Source: Candidatus Poseidoniales archaeon
GTDB lineage: Archaea; Thermoplasmatota; Poseidoniia; Poseidoniales; Thalassarchaeaceae
NCBI GenBank assembly: GCA_045568015.1
Contig: JBJLBW010000010.1
Location: forward strand, 1-39,205
Length of the DNA: 39,205 nucleotides
Direction: 5' to 3'
The notes under the pieces are model-generated. The model was given only the letters and a program-made list of their open reading frames with translations, ran no database searches and was not told the origin of the DNA. This document shows, piece after piece, positions 1 to 6,784 of the stretch (position 1 is its first letter; each line of letters begins with the position of its first letter). Made by a program: the position numbers and the translations under genes.

Positions 1-1935
1 GATAATGAGTATGGTGAATCCATGCAGTTCCTTGGTGGGGTGCCCCGTGGCACCATTCGTGTGGATTTCCCAGCTGTAAGTATCGCAGGGATGGAAGATG
101 GAGATCGGATATCATGTTACATTGAAGGTGGTGACTTTGCAGGATTTTCCTACTCCAATGCAGGGGGTCCTGGATTTGACAATGATTTGGCGACAATGGT
201 GATTGAAACTCAACAACCGACCCAAGTATCCTTGCCTTCGATTACATTGAACCGCCATGAAGACATGGCTCTATTGCAAGGCATTGAGCACACATTCTCA
301 TTTACTTTCCAAGATGGAAATGGTCTCAATTCCATTGACTTAATCGAAATAGATGTGTCCGGTGACGGACAAGGAATCATCCAATATTATCCATTACAGA
401 ACCTTTTGACCGCGAACGAGGGTTCCTCAATCATTCCACTGGATATCATGACAGAATCGCTTGGTGATGATGCATATCGTGTCGACGTAATCTTCGCCAT
501 CGATTTCCATGCTCCTGAAATTTGGTTAGAGGGTGCATGGATTCCATCACTTCGAATGGTTGAGGATGGTGAATTAGTCTCAAGTGGTGCAACAAACCTT
601 GAACATCTAGCATGGGCGTTGGACAACCGATTGATGTGGAATGTCGATCAGGTACTCGATTTGACAGCACCGTCGATGCCTGCATATGATGACAGGCTCA
701 GCCTCCAACCTGGCGACTCAATGTATTTGCAAGCATCAGTTTCGCATAGAGAAACCAATACCCCCCTTGCGATTCAGTTGCCAACTGATTCTGAAATTCA
801 GGTGATGGTCGAAGGGGGTAACAACCCATATACGACATTGCACGATTCAGTTGGTGTAGGATTTAGCGCTACGATTGATTTTGGAATCGGTCATTGGCCT
901 GGTCCAATTCACATGGTCCAATTTGGTCTGGTAAACAAGAGCGACTTGAATTCAAGTTTACCAGACATGGTATTCGAAGTTGCAATCGATGATGCTGCAC
1001 CGAGAATCGAATTCCAATCTACAAGTCTCGTACAACTTCGTTCAGATTCTCTAAACAATCAGTTGGTGGCATTCACAATTGAAGATGAAGGTGGAATGGG
1101 GAACCAGTCCGTAGAATTGCATTGGACCTATCACCGCGACAACATCGGGTGGGGGCCAATTGGAGAAATTAATCTTGGTTTAGGTGTTCATTCAGATGAC
1201 TCTTGGGTTTATTCAGCATATGTCGATTTTACACCGACGGCAGAACTTCAACCCGGAGACATTCTACTGGTTTGGGTTGAAGGCGAGGATCTCGCAGGCA
1301 ATGCCCTAGAGGGGCCTGGGACCTATGAAATGCCCAGAGTACCGGCTCTAGAAATCATGCATTTCACTCCAGAGATTCTCTCGATATGGACTCACCCGCC
1401 GGCCCCAGAAGTAGGACAAAATATCCGTGTCGATGTCCGAATTAGTAACCTTGGAAATCTAGAGGGTGGCCTCACAGTAGGCCTTTGGGCATGGGAATCC
1501 AGAACGAATACGGACATTCAGATTATTGATTTGAGTAGCCAAAACATATCGCTTGACCCCCGGCAAGCAACACTCGTAACTTTCCAATTTGAAGCATGGC
1601 GAGAAGGAGATTTACAGGTTTATCTGATCCTAGATGAAAACGAGTCATCTCGCGTCCCCATTGATCTCCCTCCAATCCGTGAAGAAGGTGCAAGCCTGAG
1701 CTGGTTTGAACGTGTATTCGGGGATGGGCCAATAGTCGTCAGCTTCCTCATTCTAGTTTGCACCGCATTGGGTTTTGGGACCGCTTTACTATGGCTTCGA
1801 GATGAAGAAGAGGAAACCGATGACGAATGGGACGGTGACGAGCATGGTTGGCCTGAACCTCCCGAAGAGTTCCCAGACGAAACTCCACCCCCTATTCCGC
1901 CGGGGTTAGGGGATGTCGATGAAGAGGAAGAATGA
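1..1935 (+). CDS. Cell-surface beta-sandwich (CARDB/Ig-like) protein, C-terminal part; 5' end outside window; C-terminal TM anchor plus acidic tail
   Basis: The frame is open from nt 1 (DNEYGES precedes the Met at 22). CARDB-like segment PEVGQNIRVDVRISNLGNLEGGLTVGLWAW...TFQFEAWREGDLQVYLILD, then hydrophobic helix PIVVSFLILVCTALGFGTALLWL, then a D/E/P-rich tail ending DVDEEEE. No catalytic motif recognised. Confidence 0.8.
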   Translation, partial: DNEYGESMQFLGGVPRGTIRVDFPAVSIAGMEDGDRISCYIEGGDFAGFSYSNAGGPGFDNDLATMVIETQQPTQVSLPSITLNRHEDMALLQGIEHTFSFTFQDGNGLNSIDLIEIDVSGDGQGIIQYYPLQNLLTANEGSSIIPLDIMTESLGDDAYRVDVIFAIDFHAPEIWLEGAWIPSLRMVEDGELVSSGATNLEHLAWALDNRLMWNVDQVLDLTAPSMPAYDDRLSLQPGDSMYLQASVSHRETNTPLAIQLPTDSEIQVMVEGGNNPYTTLHDSVGVGFSATIDFGIGHWPGPIHMVQFGLVNKSDLNSSLPDMVFEVAIDDAAPRIEFQSTSLVQLRSDSLNNQLVAFTIEDEGGMGNQSVELHWTYHRDNIGWGPIGEINLGLGVHSDDSWVYSAYVDFTPTAELQPGDILLVWVEGEDLAGNALEGPGTYEMPRVPALEIMHFTPEILSIWTHPPAPEVGQNIRVDVRISNLGNLEGGLTVGLWAWESRTNTDIQIIDLSSQNISLDPRQATLVTFQFEAWREGDLQVYLILDENESSRVPIDLPPIREEGASLSWFERVFGDGPIVVSFLILVCTALGFGTALLWLRDEEEETDDEWDGDEHGWPEPPEEFPDETPPPIPPGLGDVDEEEE

Positions 1936-1944
1936 ACACCAAGA

Positions 1945-1959
1945 AATCGGTCGCCGATT
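1945..1959 (+). other. Short hairpin after stop codon (stem AATCGG/CCGATT, loop TCG)
   Basis: Perfect 6-bp inverted repeat read directly, 10 nt after the TGA at 1933-1935 and 5 nt before tRNA-Leu. Confidence 0.3.
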
Positions 1960-1963
1960 CCTC

Positions 1964-2048
1964 GCAGGGGTTCCCGAGTGGTCAAAGGGGGCGGACTCAA
2001 GATCCGCTGTCAAGCGCTTCGCAGGTTCGAATCCTGCCCCCTGCACCA
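1964..2048 (+). tRNA. tRNA-Leu (anticodon CAA), class II with long variable arm, CCA encoded
   Basis: Cloverleaf folded by hand. Acceptor GCAGGGG/CCCCTGC; anticodon stem GCGGA/TCCGC with loop CTCAAGA (U33, CAA, G37); 13-nt variable arm; T arm GCAGG-TTCGAAT-CCTGC; discriminator A; CCA at 2046-2048. Confidence 0.9.
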
Positions 2049-2081
2049 ATTGAAAAATTGATTTTTCCAATTGGAAAATTC
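2047..2081. repeat. CAATTG dyad element, copy 1 (contains perfect 16-bp palindrome TTTTCCAATTGGAAAA at 2063-2078)
   Basis: CAATTGAAAAATTGATTTTTCCAATTGGAAAATTC. CAATTG boxes at 2047 and 2068 are 21 bp apart. Aligns with 22904-22937 with 2 mismatches and 1 gap. Contains a T5 run just after the tRNA. Confidence 0.6.
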
Positions 2082-2146
2082 ACCAAGAGAGGTATTCGGC
2101 ACATTACGATAGCGAGGTTCAAACCCCCTTCTCCTTTCGCAACCTC

Positions 2147-4843
2147 ATGGGCGAGTCCGAAGATTTCATCCTCGTAGAGGATGAGGACGATATTTCGGAA
2201 CCGGAAAAGCCACTTCCAGAGGCCATGCCAGAAACCCAGAAAGCCGCATTAAGTGAGCGTTTTTCCCGATTAACCAAGGGGATATCTGTTCAAGTTGATG
2301 CCGTTAAGGATCGCCTCAAACCACGCATGGATGTTGTTGAAGAACAGGTGGACACAATCCTCTCAGATGTCAAAGACATGTCATTAGAAATTGATGGAGT
2401 TCACACCTTTGAGTGGCCGATTAAGGGCATGGATTGTCCCGATTGTGCCGCCAAAGCAAAACGTGCATCTAGTCGATTGGCAGGGGTTCGAAAAGTCAGC
2501 ATATCAGCCACCATGGGGACCGCCTCGATTACAATTGACCTCGGGGAGGGCCATATTTCGAAGGTATCATCACTTCTCAGCAGTCTTGGCCACGAACCAG
2601 ATTTACCGTGGCAGAGAGTACAGGGTATCACAGCCACAGGTCTTGCAGAGAAAAATGGGGTTGGCCGAACTGAACTTAGGTTATTGTTAACCCAAGTGCC
2701 AGGAATTCTCGATGTTCGATATGAGGATGCCAGTGTCGAGTTGCAAATCATTCCCCATGTTGGAAGGGAAATTTCACTTGAAATGGAAAATGGATTGGAA
2801 CGAATTATCGGTTCAAAGGCCTCTTTGAAGGAGGTACAAAATCAAAGATTGGATTCGGGACAATGGCGTCTTGTTTCTAGCGTACCTGCGATTCTAATTT
2901 TGGTTACAATTCTAGCAATTCCCAGCCTAAATCAAAATGTAGTAATGTCGTTGACATTGCTCGGAGTAGCACTTTCAGGATGGCGTATGTTCCTCGATGC
3001 TTGGGGCGGCCTAAAGAACAAAGAGTTCGGCTTTCAATTGCTAACATCTCTCGCAGTGATTGGAGCCTTCTTTGGCCAACACTGGTCTGAGGCTCTAATC
3101 GTCTCAATTCTTGTTGCCATAGCAGCACATATGGAAGAATCAGCACTGTTGAAAGCGAGGCAGGCAATGCAGGGCGGTTTGGATCGACTCCCACGTAGGG
3201 CACGACGAGCAGCCTCAGAAATGAAGAAGATTACCAGTATTTCAGTGATGCCCACCAATCAGCAAATGCTAGCCACAAGACCCATTTTAGATTGTGAAGA
3301 TGATGACGATGAAATGGTCCCAATCGATCTTCTTGAATCAGGGGATCGGATTGAGATACGTAGTGGGGAAATAGTTCCAGTAGATGGCGTTGTGATCGAA
3401 GGAATCGGTTCGCTGAATAGGGCACCCTTGACAGGAGAAAGTATACCCATACGCGTAGCAGAAGGCGACGAGGTACACGCTGGCTTGGTCCTCGATCGAG
3501 GGCCGATTATCGTTGAATCTACAGCAATCGGTGTAGCCACTCGTTTATCCGGTCTTATCGAGGAAGTTCGTACGTTTAGAGATCGACCCCCACGCGTACA
3601 AGCGACACTCGAGACATTCTCCCAGTGGTGGGTACCTCTCGTTCTGGTTGGTGCTCCTTTGATTGGATTGATTACTAGCGATATCCGATTGACACTATTG
3701 CTGTGGGTTGTCGCCTGCCCTTGTGCTCTATTACTGGCCGCACCAGTTCCACATGCTGCAGCCCTCTCGACCGCCTCACTTTCAGGAGTCGTTGCTAGAG
3801 GTGGAGATGCGTTGGAGGCAGCTGCTAGAATTGATTTAGCGCTACTGGATAAAACGGGGACACTGACCAGTGGTCAACCGCGGCTTGACGAGATTCGTAT
3901 CCTCAAAGGACAGAAGCGAGAATCTATACTCAAATTAGCCGCAGGTCTTGAACAACGTTCCAACCACCCATACGCTGCGGTCATATTGAGAGAGACAGAA
4001 TCAGTTGGAGCATATGATGTGAAATCTCTCAAAGATGGCGATGCTGGTGTCGAAGGCACACATAGTGGCAAGAAAGTGATGTTTGGACGCAAGGATTGGT
4101 TGATTCGAGAAGGGGTCGAAATATCGGATGACTTGTTGAATGATCTCAATCCTGAACATGGACTTTCGTTGTTGGCGAAAAATGGTAAAGCAATTGCCGC
4201 ATTCACTTTCATTCATGATGATTTACGACCAGGCGCTGCGGAGATGATACATGATCTCCAGTCAATGGGAGTGGCGGTCGAACTTCTCTCAGGGGACGCA
4301 CAGGCTGCAGTAGAATCACTGGGTAAAGAGGTGGGGATACCTCCAATGTATTGTAGGGGGGAAATTGATCCAGAAGGAAAGGCGCTTTGGGTCGAACGCC
4401 GCAGCCAAGGACGACACACTTTGATGGCTGGAGATGGCTTCAATGACGCAGCAGCACTAGCGATTGCCGATCTCGGCATTGCCGTTGGTAGTGGCGAACA
4501 GGTTAATCTTGACGCGGCCGATGTACTCATTCCTGGCGAAGACCCTCGAGCCATTACATCGTTGATTCGCATCGCCAAACGTACGCGGGCAATCGTACAA
4601 TTTAACATCGCAATTTCCATTCTTGTCACCGTCTTCCTCGTTGGAGCGGTGTTAACTGGATTGGATAGTTTGGCCATTGCTGTCCTTGTGCATGAACTCA
4701 GTGTATTCATCGTTATTTTGAATGGTGCGTTTATCGCAACATCAGGTAATAGAATCAATTTATTCTTTTCAGTGTTTGTTTCAATTTTCAATGACTATGT
4801 TGAGGCATTCAGTTTGCTCTTGTCCAAGCAAACCGCACAATGA
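2147..4843 (+). CDS. Heavy-metal translocating P1B-type ATPase with one N-terminal HMA domain
   Basis: Motifs present: HMA GMDCPDCAAKA, A-domain TGES, TM6 CPC (VVACPCALLLAAP), phosphorylation site DKTGTLT, SNHPYA (HP motif), hinge GDGFNDAAAL. The acidic ~90-aa N-terminal extension is unusual but in frame. Confidence 0.93.
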   Translation: MGESEDFILVEDEDDISEPEKPLPEAMPETQKAALSERFSRLTKGISVQVDAVKDRLKPRMDVVEEQVDTILSDVKDMSLEIDGVHTFEWPIKGMDCPDCAAKAKRASSRLAGVRKVSISATMGTASITIDLGEGHISKVSSLLSSLGHEPDLPWQRVQGITATGLAEKNGVGRTELRLLLTQVPGILDVRYEDASVELQIIPHVGREISLEMENGLERIIGSKASLKEVQNQRLDSGQWRLVSSVPAILILVTILAIPSLNQNVVMSLTLLGVALSGWRMFLDAWGGLKNKEFGFQLLTSLAVIGAFFGQHWSEALIVSILVAIAAHMEESALLKARQAMQGGLDRLPRRARRAASEMKKITSISVMPTNQQMLATRPILDCEDDDDEMVPIDLLESGDRIEIRSGEIVPVDGVVIEGIGSLNRAPLTGESIPIRVAEGDEVHAGLVLDRGPIIVESTAIGVATRLSGLIEEVRTFRDRPPRVQATLETFSQWWVPLVLVGAPLIGLITSDIRLTLLLWVVACPCALLLAAPVPHAAALSTASLSGVVARGGDALEAAARIDLALLDKTGTLTSGQPRLDEIRILKGQKRESILKLAAGLEQRSNHPYAAVILRETESVGAYDVKSLKDGDAGVEGTHSGKKVMFGRKDWLIREGVEISDDLLNDLNPEHGLSLLAKNGKAIAAFTFIHDDLRPGAAEMIHDLQSMGVAVELLSGDAQAAVESLGKEVGIPPMYCRGEIDPEGKALWVERRSQGRHTLMAGDGFNDAAALAIADLGIAVGSGEQVNLDAADVLIPGEDPRAITSLIRIAKRTRAIVQFNIAISILVTVFLVGAVLTGLDSLAIAVLVHELSVFIVILNGAFIATSGNRINLFFSVFVSIFNDYVEAFSLLLSKQTAQ

Positions 4844-5376
4844 ATCAGAACTCACCTGTCGCCGCTTTGATATACGCGGATGAACCGACCGGTTCTGAGG
4901 GGCCACCGATGAGCAAGATTCGAGTCGATGGTCGCACCATGGCGTTATCCCACCCAACACGTCTTGCAATGTATGAAGAACTCCTCAATGCTGAGGAAAT
5001 GTCAACGGTCATGCTGCAAAAGAGCATTGGTGTCACACGTTATCATCTATACCACCACTTGCAATCCCTTGAGAAGAATGGATTGGTCGAAAATCATAGG
5101 GATGAAGGTCGAGCACGATGGTGGCGAGTTACGGAAAGAATCCCCGTCACACCTGTAACTGGCAACGATTGGATTGGCAATTTACCCGCCGAGGTTCGTA
5201 CCCTATTGGAGTCAGGCGCTTCGATCCATTTCATTCCAGTTCCAGAGGGGTCAAGTGATATTTCAGCTACCAAGAAAACGCTTGATGGAATGGCTGAGAT
5301 TTTTGATGTTGAAACCACTCCTTTAACCCTCATGCCAAATGGCATTCTTGTCATTGGACCACCCAAGCGTTCCTGA
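4840..5376 (+). CDS. ArsR/SmtB-family winged-helix transcription regulator with ~70-aa C-terminal extension
   Basis: LSHPTRLAMYEELLNAEEMSTVMLQKSIGVTRYHLYHHLQSLEKNGLVENHRDEGRARWWRV matches the ArsR HTH pattern. The ATG at 4840 overlaps the ATPase stop (ATGA). An alternative start is ATG 4909 (MSKIRV...), preceded by GAGGGG. The protein has no Cys residues. Confidence 0.8.
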   Translation: MNQNSPVAALIYADEPTGSEGPPMSKIRVDGRTMALSHPTRLAMYEELLNAEEMSTVMLQKSIGVTRYHLYHHLQSLEKNGLVENHRDEGRARWWRVTERIPVTPVTGNDWIGNLPAEVRTLLESGASIHFIPVPEGSSDISATKKTLDGMAEIFDVETTPLTLMPNGILVIGPPKRS

Positions 5377-5388
5377 TGGAGGGATACG

Positions 5389-5784
5389 ATGAGCGACGAA
5401 ATTCAAGAAATTGAATCGAAGATAGCTCCTCCTACCGTACACTGTCCAAACTGTGAGAGTATGCTTCCACACGAACTTGGCGAAGTCACATGTGGTGTTT
5501 GTTCAGCCGTCTCACGTATTGATCACAAACCTACGCGCGAGAGTTGGGTGGACGAGAAAGTCAGTTGCCCCAATTGCCCGAAGATTCTACGCGTAGGCGT
5601 TGATGAGAGGCCTTGCGCCCTTCGTTGTTCATCATGCCAGTCTGTTTTCAAGGTCACAAAACACATCGTCAAAGTTGAATTGACCTGCCCATCCTGTGAC
5701 CGCGAACTTCGTATTCGTCCCCGTCCAGGGAAGAGAAGTTTGAGTTGTCCTGCTTGTTCAGAGTCATTTCATGTGACTTTTTGA
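5389..5784 (+). CDS. Small cysteine-rich protein with three tandem zinc-ribbon (CxxC...CxxC) units
   Basis: The three units are CPNC-x12-CGVC, CPNC-x16-CSSC (plus an extra Cys in PCALRC) and CPSC-x16-CPAC. GGAGGG SD lies 6 nt upstream of the ATG. Confidence 0.7.
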   Translation: MSDEIQEIESKIAPPTVHCPNCESMLPHELGEVTCGVCSAVSRIDHKPTRESWVDEKVSCPNCPKILRVGVDERPCALRCSSCQSVFKVTKHIVKVELTCPSCDRELRIRPRPGKRSLSCPACSESFHVTF

Positions 5785-5831
5785 CCGAATCCGGGAAAGA
5801 ATTGAAGCCCGGAATAGGTTTCGTAACCAGT

Positions 5832-6689
5832 ATGAAGACAACCTTTCGGTTGATGGGCATTGCTGATTGGGTGACGTTGGGAAATGGTTTGCTGGGCACC
5901 CTCTCAATTCTTTTCCTCATTTTAGCCTTTGATGGATTTGCTTCAACAGATGGCAGCCATCTATCTGAAATTTACATATGGTGCGCCATGTTATTCATTT
6001 TACTTTCAGTAATTGGCGATGCGGTCGACGGCCCGATTGCTCGTCGATATTCAAAGCGTAGATATTTGGGTAGTTATCTAGACTTGATGTCAGACTCGGT
6101 TTCTTTTGGTGTCGCTCCGGCATTACTTGTGTTTGGGATGTTCAGTCGCTGGGGTGAAGCGGCTCCATTTTGGACGATACCCTTGGCTATAGCCTGTTGC
6201 TGGATTGTAGTCTGTACGATGCTACGACTTGCCCGATTTCAGCATGAATCGGATGACGAAAATCCTTGGTTTCACGGACTTGCAAGTCCGGGAAATGCCC
6301 TCATCATAGTCGCTTTATCCGGGTTGGTTTGGATTCAGCCAGAGGCGCTAGGGCCGGACCTGATCGAATGGAGATATGGAGATGGTGACCACCCAGCTTT
6401 GGATTGGTTAGTACTCCCAGGGTGCCTGATCTCTGGAGCATTGATGATTTCAGATCGACGCCTGCCCAAGTACAAGAAGGGTTGGAAGGCGATAATGATG
6501 TACCTATTGATGCTATTACTGCTGATTGCCATCGTCATTCAAATCGCTGGATATTCTGATGGATTCGGCCCTCAGTTGTCCTTTTCCTTATTCCTATTAT
6601 CACTACTGATTATCACGTTCCATGTAGTGATGGGCCCCCTCATTTGTGAGAACGAATGGGGGCCGATCCAGAGTAGAGCAGATGAATAA
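5832..6689 (+). CDS. CDP-alcohol phosphatidyltransferase (archaetidylserine-synthase-like), polytopic membrane protein
   Basis: Exact family motif D-G-x2-A-R-x8-G-x3-D-x3-D in GDAVDGPIARRYSKRRYLGSYLDLMSD. There are about 8 hydrophobic helices. The track ORF starts at 5745 and overlaps the previous gene. ATG 5832 (MKTTFRLMGIADW...) removes that overlap. Confidence 0.85.
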   Translation: MKTTFRLMGIADWVTLGNGLLGTLSILFLILAFDGFASTDGSHLSEIYIWCAMLFILLSVIGDAVDGPIARRYSKRRYLGSYLDLMSDSVSFGVAPALLVFGMFSRWGEAAPFWTIPLAIACCWIVVCTMLRLARFQHESDDENPWFHGLASPGNALIIVALSGLVWIQPEALGPDLIEWRYGDGDHPALDWLVLPGCLISGALMISDRRLPKYKKGWKAIMMYLLMLLLLIAIVIQIAGYSDGFGPQLSFSLFLLSLLIITFHVVMGPLICENEWGPIQSRADE

Positions 6690-6784
6690 TACCGGAGCAC
6701 ACCATAGGGTCGGATAATCCACCTGAGAAGTTTGTTCAAACCTATGGCGGTTAAGTATCAGAAGAATTCGAACGCGCAACGGGG

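Noticed and set aside
1620-2000. S/G/P-rich antisense ORFs opposite acidic tails (1620-2000, 8704-9249, 8176-8457, 6892-7179, 6912-7439)
   Set aside because: They lie opposite GAA/GAG-rich coding sequence whose complement lacks stop codons. They are low-complexity and each is fully contained in a better-supported gene.
2046-2048. Encoded CCA on tRNA-Leu but not on tRNA-Ile as a sign of foreign origin
   Set aside because: Mixed CCA encoding occurs within single archaeal genomes. Here the CCA also overlaps the first CAATTG box, so it may be coincidental.
1932-2177. 81-aa ORF starting at the ATG embedded in GAATGA at the end of the surface-protein gene
   Set aside because: It runs straight across the well-folded tRNA-Leu (1964-2048) and the palindromic element, and it has no motif. 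It is an artefact of the ATG inside the recurrent GAAGAATGA string.
4213-4791. 192-aa minus-strand ORF
   Set aside because: It is antisense to the P-domain and C-terminal TM region of the P1B-ATPase, which carries all the family motifs.
5745-5831. N-terminal extension of the CDP-alcohol phosphatidyltransferase ORF overlapping the zinc-ribbon gene by 40 nt
   Set aside because: ATG 5832 gives a typical short cytoplasmic N-terminus before TM1 and removes the overlap.
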